A program made the position numbers and the translations under genes. A stretch of DNA of 64,000 nucleotides from Octopus vulgaris (Eukaryota). Under the pieces are notes generated by a model. The model saw only the letters and a list, made by a program, of their open reading frames with translations. It was not told the DNA's origin and did not search any database. Each line of letters opens with the position of its first letter. Positions within the stretch are counted from its first letter, which is position 1. Of this stretch, positions 41,989 through 55,670 are shown one piece after another. Where the stretch lies: the NCBI GenBank assembly GCA_951406725.2, contig OX597814.1, positions 117,986,001 to 118,050,000 on the forward strand. Direction: 5' to 3'.

Positions 41989-42247
41989 TAGAAAATTGAG
42001 GTAATCAGATCAGATGGTTCATATTTGTAGATATTTATTTATATTACATTTTTTACATATATATCATATCATATCATTCGGATTTCGGATTAGCTTGCTC
42101 CCATTCTAGTGGGATTTGAAAAGCCCACTAGAATGGGAGCAAGTGCTAATCCGAAATCCGAATGATATGATATGATATATATGTAAAAAATGTAATATAG
42201 AAATAAATATCTACAAATATGAACCATCTGATCTGATTACCTCATTT

Positions 42248-42252
<5 letters not shown>
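41989..42252. repeat. Near-perfect palindrome, about 125-bp arms, 10-nt loop
   Basis: 41989-42113 is the reverse complement of 42124-42252 except for two 2-nt indels and one substitution. Confidence 0.95.
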
Positions 42253-42306
<54 letters not shown>

Positions 42307-43196
42307 TATATACATATATATGTATATATGTATATTCATATTTACTATGAAGGGTTACAGTTTGGAAGGGAAAGGCTGTTTTCATCTCATGCATCACGTA
42401 AGGAAATTGGTTCGATATGATCAACTCAATTGTCTGCAACACGAATGGAGCGGTGTTAAGGATCGACAGAGTCTTATCAGGTGATGCAGTATTTATATTG
42501 CCATATTTCACCATGCTGTTATATATTAATATTTTCGAAGATAAAAGTATTTTTATACAATGCTTCTTTTCTTACAAATCTTTAACATCATCGATATTTA
42601 GATATGCACATTATATATTATATATAATTATAAAATCAGATCAAGAGCATTTTGGGGTTGTTAATTTCCCGTTCTTTCAAAGTTCAGATAGGCTCGAATA
42701 ATCAAATGGAATTTCTTTTTGTATCGTGATATGGAGATTTTGGTGTCAAATATGATTTTCTCATCAATATTCAACGGGTCTAACTTGCTTTGATAAACTA
42801 TTCCTTTTGTGAAACACCACCAGAATAGGCAGAGTCGTGCTGCAATTACAACGACGTAAGTGGTTCTGCATATCTTTAGCTGTAGTATATATCCTGATAA
42901 ATATAATTACCGAATTATAACGATAAATACAATTAACGAAAGTTTCAAGTGTCATTGAAACATAAGTTAACACAGTTTCTCTTAATGAACTCAATGATGT
43001 TGCTTTCATCCTATATGTGATGAGTGAGTAAATGCGTACTAGATTAGATTAAATTGTTCAGAAAGGTAGATTGGAACAAAGGAAAGTGTTATGTGGCCTG
43101 TGCTTTTGTTTGCCCGTCAATAGGATTCTGCGCACACGGCTTTTATACTTTGTAAATTTGTGCTTCACTGAAATAATATATGTAATGTATTGTTGC

Positions 43197-43248
<52 letters not shown>

Positions 43249-43269
43249 GCATTGTTTGATCCTTCAAAT

Positions 43270-43479
43270 GACGCCACCGCGCTGGCCAGCGGAAGGAAAA
43301 GTGAGAGAAATTTGCGGCGGAAGAGTACAGCAGGGATTGCCACCCACCCCCTCCCGGAGCCTCGTGGAACTTTAGGTGTTTTCGCTCAATAAACATTCAC
43401 AACGCCCGGTCTGGGAATCGAAACCGAGATCCCACGACCGCGAGTCCGCTGCCCTAACCAGTGGGTCATTGCGCCTCCA
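43270..43479 (-). mobile_element. tRNA-derived SINE (family C); duplicated at about 47355-47563
   Basis: The minus-strand head tggaggcgcaatgacccactggttagggcagcggactcgcggtc...gtttcgattccc has A and B boxes and is homologous to 63410-63720. Confidence 0.85.
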
Positions 43480-43964
43480 CACACACACACATACACACAC
43501 ACACACATATATATATATATGTGTGTTTGTGTGTTTGTGTGCGTGTGTGTTTGTGTGTGTTTGTGTATGTGTATATATCTATCACTCTTCAATACTGCAT
43601 ATATTGTATTATCAGTGAGAATACAGTATGTAGGAGAGCGTATGATTTTTTTTCCGACATCAGTCTGCGAAGGAATTCAAGTGAGATACATCGACATTTC
43701 TTGTTAGAATATTCGTAATGACGTCAGAATATTAGTTTTAGAAAATGGATATGTTCGGGAGAGTAAATGCAAAAATATGAATTTTACAAACCACGAGATT
43801 GGAATCATTATATTCATTATCGTAATGTTATTTACAAAAACCGTAAATAGTGGTTCTTGTAGTCTCAGTTATAATATCATTCTACTTCCACTAAGTAGGA
43901 AAGAGTATAAGAGTATAATTTATGACGTCTGCTTTCCAAGAATATTTTTACGTGAATTCTTTTG

Positions 43965-44064
43965 NNNNNNNNNNNNNNNNNNNNNNNNNNNNNNNNNNNN
44001 NNNNNNNNNNNNNNNNNNNNNNNNNNNNNNNNNNNNNNNNNNNNNNNNNNNNNNNNNNNNNNNN
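43965..44064. other. Assembly gap (100 N)
   Basis: Run of N bases. Confidence 1.
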
Positions 44065-44534
44065 TCAGCGACATATAAATGTCGTCTTTCGCATTACTTT
44101 GAGAGCTGAGTGACTTATTATATCATGGAGTACGGGAAAAGCATAAGTAGACCCTCCTTTCCCTGTCCACCTATAAACCAGAAACATTTATCACATATTT
44201 CCAAACAACGTTTATAGTCAAACTCCTATACATATGCTCTTTCATCTTAGACACTATAAACATTCGAATAGAAAGATATATGAATATGTGTATACGTTTT
44301 TCTCTGTTATCTTGGTGCGGTATAGTGAAGACTTTAGTTCTTATCACTAGTAGGTAGATGCTTGTTCACCATCATTACGCTTCGTGCAAATTTATATTTC
44401 ATAGCTATATAATGCTATTGCGCATGCGATCCACCTATGTCACTGCTGGTGATATCATCAAATTTAAAATTTATCCACAGATGATACGAACAGTAGTGAC
44501 ATCTGATTTTAAATCTCAGTGTTTGAATGCTTTG

Positions 44535-44594
<60 letters not shown>

Positions 44595-45261
44595 AATATG
44601 TATGCGAGAATGTGTGTTTACCTTGTGTTTATGTATGTGTGTGTATGTATGTATGTATGTCTGCATGTGAGTATATATGTATATTATGCATATATGCGTC
44701 TGTATTTGTATATATGCTTCTATGCTTGCCTGCTTGTGTATGATATTAATTTTTGAGTAAAACCGTGCTTTGATAAGAAAAAAATAAACGAGCTTCAAAT
44801 TTAACTTGAAACGTGTATTAACGTCATACAGGCTTCTAAATATGAAATGAATTGATAAATATTTTTTGCTCAAAATATACGTCAGGCGATGTATCATTTT
44901 GATGGTAACAAACCTGCATTCTTTCGCTGAACAATAGCCAAAAATTTAATGATGTATATATGGAAGCTTTTGGAAGAGAATGTAACTCATGTTCATTGTT
45001 ATTAGGCTATGAAAAATATAGTTGCATATATATTTATAGGAGTGGTTATGATACAAATAAACTTTCAACATTTTATTTCTCGTAAACATGACCTGGACAA
45101 AGAGAGCTATGCATTAATTAATATGTTGTAAGTGATGTAATAATGGATGTTTTATATCATTTATATGAAGCAATATTATACCAGCAGAAAAATAATATTC
45201 TGATTACTATTTATTCATATACATTATATACATGCATAGCTACACATGTATAATCTGTATG

Positions 45262-45317
<56 letters not shown>

Positions 45318-45788
45318 GCGTGTTTGTGTGAATGTATGTATAGGTGTGTGTGCGAGTATATAAATGGCATTTTATGCATTCACATAATTATGTCATTCTT
45401 AGACACATATCACTATACTTTCTCAATATGCGACGAAAAGCATTTTATTTTATTTTTTAAATTTCAAGTTATGGTATAAAAGAAAAGTTTTTTAAAAAGA
45501 AATCGACATAGACTTCATGGAAGGAAGATATCATATCGTAAGCGCTCTTCCTATTTTCAGCTTTGCAAATATGAGTGTCTGAAACGCCAAAATAAATGGA
45601 AACGTTTTCAATAGAGAAACTTTCTTCCAACAGGTCTATTCTTCAGATGACAAAATTAATTTTTAATATCTTTGTAAGTAGCTGTGAGTATGTGTGTCTA
45701 TACGTATGTGCACACACATATACACATATATGTAATATATATATATATATGTAATATATATATATATGTGTGCATATATATATATATC

Positions 45789-45819
<31 letters not shown>

Positions 45820-45830
45820 ATATATATAAT

Positions 45831-46215
45831 TCTTTTACTTGTTTCAGTCATTTGAATAAGGACATGCTGGAGCACCGACTTAAAGGGTTTTAGCCGAAGA
45901 AATCAACACCGGGACTTATCCTTTGTAAGCCTAGTACCTATTCTATCGGACACTTTTGTCCAACCGCTAAGTTGACAGGAGATAAAAGCTCCAGCATCGG
46001 TTGTCAAGCGATGGCGAGGTGACAGACACAGACACACACATAAATATATGCATGTACAGATATATATGACGGGATTCTTTCAGTTTCCTTCTACTAAATC
46101 CATTCTCAAGGCTTTGCTCGATCCTAGGCTATAGTAGAAGACACCGAAGGCGTCACGCAGTGCGACTGAATCCGGAACCATCTGGTTGAGAAGTAAGCTT
46201 CTAAACACACGGCCA
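45831..46215 (-). mobile_element. Older, diverged composite SINE (family A/D)
   Basis: Same modules as 41513-41909 but with many substitutions. Confidence 0.85.
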
Positions 46216-46295
46216 TATATATATATATATATGTGTGTATGTGTAGATATATATGTATATGTATATATATATATTTATATTCGTCTATACATACA

Positions 46296-46386
<91 letters not shown>

Positions 46387-47279
46387 TCATATATACATAT
46401 ATATGTATATATGTATATTCATATTTACTATGAAGGGTTACAGTTTGGAAGGGAAAGGCTGTTTTCATCTCATGCATCACGTAAGGAAATTGGTTCGATA
46501 TGATCAACTCAATTGTCTGCAACACGAATGGAGCGGTGTTAAGGATCGACAGAGTCTTATCAGGTGATGCAGTATTTATATTGCCATATTTCACCATGCT
46601 GTTATATATTAATATTTTCGAAGATAAAAGTATTTTTATACAATGCTTCTTTTCTTACAAATCTTTAACATCATCGATATTTAGATATGCACATTATATA
46701 TTATATATAATTATAAAATCAGATCAAGAGCATTTTGGGGTTGTTAATTTCCCGTTCTTTCAAAGTTCAGATAGGCTCGAATAATCAAATGGAATTTCTT
46801 TTTGTATCGTGATATGGAGATTTTGGTGTCAAATATGATTTTCTCATCAATATTCAACGGGTCTAACTTGCTTTGATAAACTATTCCTTTTGTGAAACAC
46901 CACCAGAATAGGCAGAGTCGTGCTGCAATTACAACGACGTAAGTGGTTCTGCATATCTTTAGCTGTAGTATATATCCTGATAAATATAATTACCGAATTA
47001 TAACGATAAATACAATTAACGAAAGTTTCAAGTGTCATTGAAACATAAGTTAACACAGTTTCTCTTAATGAACTCAATGATGTTGCTTTCATCCTATATG
47101 TGATGAGTGAGTAAATGCGTACTAGATTAGATTAAATTGTTCAGAAAGGTAGATTGGAACAAAGGAAAGTGTTATGTGGCCTGTGCTTTTGTTTGCCCGT
47201 CAATAGGATTCTGCGCACACGGCTTTTATACTTTGTAAATTTGTGCTTCACTGAAATAATATATGTAATGTATTGTTGC

Positions 47280-47333
<54 letters not shown>

Positions 47334-49399
47334 GCATTGTTTGATCCTTCAAATGACGCCACCGCGCTGGCCAGCGGAAGGAAAAGTGAGAGAAATTTGC
47401 GGCGGAAGAGTACAGCAGGGATTGCCACCCACCCCTCCCGGAGCCTCGTGGAACTTTAGGTGTTTTCGCTCAATAAACATTCACAACGCCCGGTCTGGGA
47501 ATCGAAACCGAGATCCCACGACCGCGAGTCCGCTGCCCTAACCAGTGGGTCATTGCGCCTCCACACACACACACATACACACACACATATATATATATAT
47601 GTGTGTTTGTGTGTTTGTGTGCGTGTGTGTGTTTGTGTGTGTTTGTGTATGTGTATATATCTATCACTCTTCAATACTGCATATATTGTATTATCAGTGA
47701 GAATACAGTATGTAGGAGAGCGTATGATTTTTTTTCCGACATCAGTCTGCGAAGGAATTCAAGTGAGATACATCGACATTTCTTGTTAGAATATTCGTAA
47801 TGACGTCAGAATATTAGTTTTAGAAAATGGATATGTTCGGGAGAGTAAATGCAAAAATATGAATTTTACAAACCACGAGATTGGAATCATTATATTCATT
47901 ATCGTAATGTTATTTACAAAAACCGTAAATAGTGGTTCTTGTAGTCTCAGTTATAATATCATTCTATTTCCACTAAGTAGGAAAGAGTATAAGAGTATAA
48001 TTTATGACGTCTGCTTTCCAAGAATATTTTTACGTGAATTCTTTTGGTTTTTTTTTTTTGGTTTTTCGATTGTTTTTTTGCTTCGGAAGATAATGTAAAA
48101 ATATAATATCATATACATTTTTACGGATCATTGGTAGTGAATGTGTACATATTTTTATCTAGCCCCTTTATATAGCTGGTACACAAGCATATGGCCATCG
48201 GCATTCTAATCATGACCATCCAATCGCCTATATCGTAGCTTCTTTATAACTAGGTTTTCATGTGTAATCATCACTTTTGTAAAGTTGAAAAATAGTGATT
48301 TTTAAGAGATATAGGTATGGGCTGTATCTACCATATGGAACGGTAATATCCAATTCATATCTACGTATTCCATAACACTGATATTATATTCTGTTTACAA
48401 CAGAGAAATGTGTAAAGTCTCTGAGAAATACTTACAATCGTATGATGAATTATTTTGAACTGTCTCTGAAATTATATGCTATATTACTGTCGAAATACCT
48501 GACGATGTTATTAAATAAATAATTATTCCTCTGTTTTGAGATCTTGTTGGAGTTTACCGAATAGATGTGCAGTGTTAGGTATGTTCTTTCGCAATGCACT
48601 GCTATTTTTAATGGTGGTATTTCACTGATGATTTTGAAGTACGTACCTGCAATACCGAACAATGTCCTGATTAATAATATATTTTTGTGTACTTCAATTA
48701 AAATGTATACGCATATCTGCAATTAGGCTTGCGTGTTATTATAACTTGTGAAAACATTTACAGAATAATATATCTTAATTATAGCAATTGATTACTGCAT
48801 ATCGATTATGCGCAAAATATAACGTCGGTAGACTATAAATGAGAATGGTATTTGCAATAAGTATATTGTCCTAAAAATAGTTATGAATAGACATGAAAAT
48901 TTGCTTTATGTTTCTATGTCTGAATATAAAACACATACTTGCACGCACAATCACAGACATGTCTGACTAATATTGGAAAAAGTTAAAGTGCTTGTTGGTC
49001 AGCAATAAATGGGTCACTTTTCTAAATTATGTGCTACGAGAACAGAAGGCGTAGTAGAAAATCACATAGTGCTAAACAATGTTATGTGGAAATATTCTGA
49101 TTGCTCTTGACTGATCTTGACATGCCATTAAGGTAAAATTATTCAAGAGATATAACCTAGCGGTTATGAGGTTATTTCGTAACTAAATAACTAGCATTTA
49201 GGCAAATACTAATAGTTTGATATCAGCTGAGGACGATAACCATCATAGTCCACCCTAAGACATGCGCATGAACGTGAATGATTATCGAGGGATAAATTAC
49301 TATGAGAACCTTTACAAGTCTGCAGCGATAACCTATGCATAAATGGACCTACAATGAATCCATTGGCCCTAACCTCAACGAGTTAGGATTAATGAATAT

Positions 49400-50100
49400 T
49401 GTAATCAAATTGATTGAATCAGCTTCATAGAGGGAATAGCTGGCAATCTTGAAATACATATTATCTAAGTAAAATTGCTTTTGGAGATAAAATTTAAGGT
49501 TAGTATTATCATATGAGTGAATAGCTTCAAGTCTTTGATCAAAGTTTCTCAAACGTCAAGATGTTTTGTCGTAGACTGGTCGAGAATTGATCATTCCATC
49601 GTGAGTGCAGTACACAAAGTGCACAAAAAAATAATAATAAAATAGCAATTATCAGTTATCAAAGGAATGGTATTAGAAACGTGGAATATGGAGAGGACTG
49701 AAAAGTTGGAATGATATTGGAGTGTGTAACCATGACGAACAAGAATTTAGAGCAAATATTGTATATAAAGAATGGGGAATACACTTTTACATAGACGGTA
49801 AAGAGATATAAAGATCAATGAAGGGATACAAGGGGTGAGATATTCCGGTGTACATCGAAAATTCTTCAGAATGTTGTGTTTAAACATAAATTTATATCAC
49901 TCTATGTAGAAAGAAGAGCAAGTAGAGATATGCATGAAGAAAATGAATTTGATTGATAAACTTGATAACGATCAATTTGATATCCTTGAAATGAGTTAGA
50001 ATCATATGAAATTATGGAGCTTATTATCTGTTAGTTTCAAGGTAATGGATCGGAGCAAGATCAAAATTAAACTTCAAAACTGAAGCATAATTGATAAGAA
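49400..50100 (-). pseudogene. Possible highly decayed LINE RT relic
   Basis: Only faint minus-strand echoes of the YGI..PL..WI and NSGVPQGS motifs, plus a purine-skewed plus strand. No intact motif. Confidence 0.25.
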
Positions 50101-52104
50101 TATTGAGGGAGGAAGATTCTACATACAAATTCATAGGTATTGGCAGGAGTTCATGCAGTTCCATACATGGTAAAACTTAACTTGTTAGAACAGGTTGATG
50201 TTAATGTAAACACTTATTTTAAGACAATTATAAGCTTAAACAATGGAATATATCGAAATGTAGAAAGAAGTATTTTAAGATAGGTTAGAAGATACATCCT
50301 TGCGTTAAATAGGAAGTCTGAGAACAATAGTAGAGGAAAGAGGATGATCTTGTCAAAATTAGAAAATATAAAGAAAGAAAATATGCAGTAGAAATACGAA
50401 TATCATTTTTCATCAAACAAAAACAGTTTATTTCAAGGAGAAACGAAACGAAAATCAAGCTTAGAATTCTCAACAAAGTTGATGGCTTTAGTGGATAATT
50501 TAGAGGAGAAAACCTAGTAGGACGCTAAAACACAGTGGACAACATATGTTTAAAATTTCACTGAAAGTTCTATGCCGTGGAATTATTTTGAAATCATGAA
50601 AAAATCTCAGTATAACTGAATAAGACCATATCCAAGAAGTGGCGTGAATCACTGCACGACTGAAAGCTTATATTGCCTCACATTAAACTTCGATTATAGG
50701 AGGAGATACTTAAACAAATATCGCCGCTGTTACTCTTGTAGAAATAATATCATGAGGATAATAAAAATTTCTGTCAAGGGTCAAATTTCATTTTTTTCTT
50801 TTTTAGCATTTGTATAGTGGATGAAAATTGACATCATTATACTCTTGGTTTATCTTATCTATTCCAGGAGAACGTGATTTCGGCAAGATTGAAATGGGAA
50901 AGATAAACATGGATGAAATGTTTATAAAACATTTGCTTTCAGCTTTGGTGCTCGAACTTTTCTATTTATAGGATTAGTAAATATGAACGAAGAGAAATGA
51001 AAGCTTGTGAAAATATAGACGCATGGCATTGTAATCACACTATAAAAGAATATGAGCTCTGACCCAGAGGGAAATTATGCACAAAACGTTCAGATGGTTC
51101 TTGCAATATAATAAACTTCCACTTCAAATATTAATATAAAAAATATTCATAAAAACCACAGCTGAAATTATACAAATATCGCGATATACATGTTAGTACG
51201 GCTAAAAGAGAATAAAGATGATGAGTGTAGCAGTAGGAATAATAAAAAGAATGTTACAGACAAATATGCAACCATAATCCTGAACTTGTAACATATGAGG
51301 ATTAACACTACTAGCTGCTACCTAATAATAATAATGTTCGTCCTTCGGGTTCGAAGATGACCATTGACATCATTTGGTGGAATTGCTGCTATGAGACTAC
51401 CTACTAATACTTGGAAGCAAAGAGTGAAAATGTATTTAACCAACAGAAATGTACAGAGTGATGGTGCTAAAACTCAGTAATAAGATTGACCTTCGACATC
51501 GGTTGGACTTATACAATATGACGACAGTGATGAATAACAGAATCGGGAAATAGCATTCCATAGTTTGTTAGATATTTAGTGTCAATCACGTTTGAGCTCT
51601 TTTTAACTTTGTCCAGTCCAGCATTAGAAAAATGTACTTCACTGAATCGCTAAAGTCGATTTTGCCGTCTGTTTAAATGCCTCTCATATACGACTGTGTT
51701 CACAAAACATTATTACTATTATTTCAGTTACCAATGGAGCATATTGTGCAGGCCAAGCGCACATCACACACACACACATACACACATGCATACACACACA
51801 CACACACACACACACACAAAGGTACACATGTTGTGAGTACCACTACTGAAGTGTCTTGCATTATAGCCTCGTACCACTGGTCAAAGCCCTGTGATTGGTT
51901 ATGTAGACAGAAACTGTGTGTAAATGTGTGTGTGTGACTGTGTGTGTTTGTGTGTGTATGGTATAAGGAAAATAGTGTCGTGAGTGTGAGCACAGGAAGT
52001 ATCAATTTATTTACATGATGTCTACCACAGGGTTGATTTTAAAGAGTAAAAATCACCAAACATAATCTTCGCAAACCATCGACATACAGTGCGCTTCTTC
52101 TCCC

Positions 52105-52982
52105 TGTGGTAGACCTGAGACCAGGTTGAATAATGATAAGCTGGAGACTGTAGTGGAAGCGGTTACATATGAAACTAGGCGTGAGTTAGCAGGAATGTTA
52201 GATGTTCTCATTCCAATTGGATTGGACCTCCTGAAACAAATCGGGAAGGTAAAGAAGCTGGAGAAGTGAGTACCAAAGGGACTGAAAAAGCATCAGATGA
52301 CTCGTCGTCTTGAAACTTGCTGTTCTTTGCTGTCATAGTATAAAAGTGAACTATTTTTTCATTGTATTGTTACGTGTGATGGAAAGTGGATTCTTTTTAA
52401 CAATAGCAAGTGTTCTACATGGTGTTTGGATAGAGACTAAGTTCCAAAGCACATTCCAAAAAAGAATATTCACCAAAAACGCTAATGGCGTCTGTTTTGT
52501 GGTCCAGCACCGGAGCCATCCATTACAGCTTTATGAGACTTGGTAAGTCAATTACAGTGGATGTATACAACAACGAACTGGATGAAATGATGAGTAAAAT
52601 TGCAATTAAACAGCCGCGATTCGTCAATAGAGACAGGCCAATTCTCTTGCAAGGCAATGCTCGACTATATGTTTCACAAACAACGCTACTCAAGGTACAG
52701 AAACTGAACTTGGTGGTATTCTTTCATTCGCCATATTCACCAGACCTTGCACCAACTGACTATCACATTTTGAAGGCATTAAACACATTTTTGCAATGAA
52801 AAACCTCAAATCTGCAGAAGATGCATAAAGAGCCTTTCGCGATTTCATTCTGCCTTGCGCTCTCACTGCCATCATATATAAGCTACCGATAAAATGGCAA
52901 GATTGGTCATTGCTTTTTGTTGAGATAAAGTAAAATAAACTTTCAGTTCTAAGTCGGACATTTCATTCTTAATGACCCGGTA
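52105..52982 (+). pseudogene. Decayed mariner transposon (transposase plus right TIR)
   Basis: GRP, LKQIGKVKKLEK*VPKGL (decayed WVPHEL), IVTCDGKW (TCDEKW), ILLQGNAR (HDNAR), HSPYSPDLAPTDYH. A TIR-like end gtcggacatttcattcttaatgacccgg is followed by TA. Confidence 0.9.
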
Positions 52983-53415
52983 AAACAATTCTGTGTCATA
53001 TAATCACACAATGAGAATTCAAATAAATGCTTTTGAATACACCCTGCTAATAAATCATGGATAGCATTGTTCACAAAAAATAGTTTGCCCCTCGAAATAT
53101 CAAATACCTGATGTCACCTGCAAACTACTTTCACATAGTCATAAATATCTCTGAATAATCTCAGATCGAGCAGATTGAGTAAGATTAAAATTTACAAAAA
53201 TTCCAATGACATGTATGAAGCTACGAAAATCTTAAATACACTTATCATACATGAAGACGCATTTTCTGAAGAATATCATGTTTTAAAAAAGACATAAAAC
53301 TCTTCCAGTGTAAATGTCACGCACTTCCTCAAAACCGTCTCTTTGTTTCCCATATATCAGTACAATCCTTATGCACAGCTCTCTGTTTCTCTACCTACCA
53401 CATACACGCTCTCTC

Positions 53416-53453
<38 letters not shown>

Positions 53454-53638
53454 TTTATCTATCTATCTCTCAATCTATCTATCTAACTATTTATCTATCT
53501 ATCAATCTGTATATAGAGTTTTATATATATAAAGATGCTTACAAGATGCATTAGCAACATTTTTCAAAAAGTGTTACCCAGAATTCATTAGCAGGATGCA
53601 CTCAAAAGCATTTATTTAAATTCGCCTTGTACTATTTA

Positions 53639-53676
<38 letters not shown>

Positions 53677-55067
53677 CAGTATGTGTGTGTGTTTGTGTGT
53701 GTGTGTCAATTGATAGATAGATAGATAGACAGACAGATCGATAAATACATAGACACATACATACATATATAGAGATAGATAAATGTTAGGTTGACAAATC
53801 CAGGTGTACAAAGAAAGTGAGATTCATGCAATCCATAATAAAATGGAAAAATAAAAACTTTCAAGAACAATTGAGTTTTAATGTGATTTTGCCCTTATCA
53901 AAGCACGATAAGCTGAAGAAAAAATTATAATTGACGGTAGGCAGCCACGGTTGCCAGGTATGGAAATACAAATTCAAGTGATAAGGAAAAGACTAAATAT
54001 AATCCGGACTATATACGTTTCATAGCGAGCGGCGCTTCGAAAGTGCTAAATATCAAAGTGAGGTGTATACCGCAGGCTACTGAATATGCCAAGGGTATCA
54101 TGATTATATGAAGTTTACGTTGTCGTTACGAGGTCCTTGTTCAGATACCCTTGGCCTGAAGAGAATCCTGTGATATACTCCTATCATGCATATTCTCCAT
54201 TTCCGAGGTCTCGCTTGCTATGAAACATATGTAACCCGGAATCGATCGCCTCCATTATTTAACTCTTATACACACACACTTACACACGGAAATACATACA
54301 TATATTGATAATATGAAAAATGATGTGGAATGAGAGGGAAAAGGAAGGTCTATAGACAGATAGCAGAGTAAATAGAGAAATATATTGATATGTGTAGCTT
54401 GGTATATTTACAAAATAAAATTCGATGTGTGCGTGCATAATTTATGAGGTTAATGTAGATAAATTGCTAATTTGTTATTCTAAACAAGATTGAAACAATT
54501 GAAGCAACACCTCGCCTAGGGGTGATTAATTATCTGGGAAAAATCATTATAAAGCAAATGAAAAACATATTTTTTAGTGAAACAGTATTAAGATAATTTA
54601 AACGGAATGTTTAAAGAGTTGTGTCTTGTAGCGTCGTTGACGAACGACGGTGCACCTGCAAACAAAGATATGTTGTATGGATAACATTGCAAGGTAATTT
54701 TTCTACGCATCAATGTTATAGAATTCCTGCGGCTAAAACCCGATCAGTTTATAATTTTTTTAATGATGATGCCTTTCTTAATAAACAACGTGAAATTTGA
54801 AAAGCCTAGGTACAACATTTCAAAAAAATCTTAATTAATTTGTTTTATTGTAATGTTTCGTGTATGATGTTATTCATCTTAGCACGATTGAAAACAAAAT
54901 ATTTTCAAATACGCTTGGGCATCACGTATATAAAACAATACGTTACAAGATTTCAATTAACTTAGATTATTCATGCAGACTCTGGACAAAAAGGCCCTCG
55001 AGTGACGTTTAAAATTCTAAAACAACAAGCAATGGAAATAACACTTAACAAACCACTAAACTAAGGT

Positions 55068-55670
<603 letters not shown>

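Larger units (their letters stand above)
39735..48046 (+). repeat. Near-identical direct duplication (39735-43964 and 44065-48046) flanking a 100-N gap
   Basis: Copy 2 starts at the first base after the gap and copy 1 ends at the last base before it. Identical ORFs appear in both copies (e.g. 40028 and 44358). Confidence 0.95.

Noticed and set aside
42114-42165. TTGAAAA in the palindrome loop followed by a hairpin and GAAA
   Set aside because: No valid stem III, cleavage triplet or stem I.
43380-43479. tRNA-like sequences with A/B boxes (also 5040-5121 and 63640-63720)
   Set aside because: No complete cloverleaf, and they run into SINE bodies. They are SINE heads, not tRNA genes.
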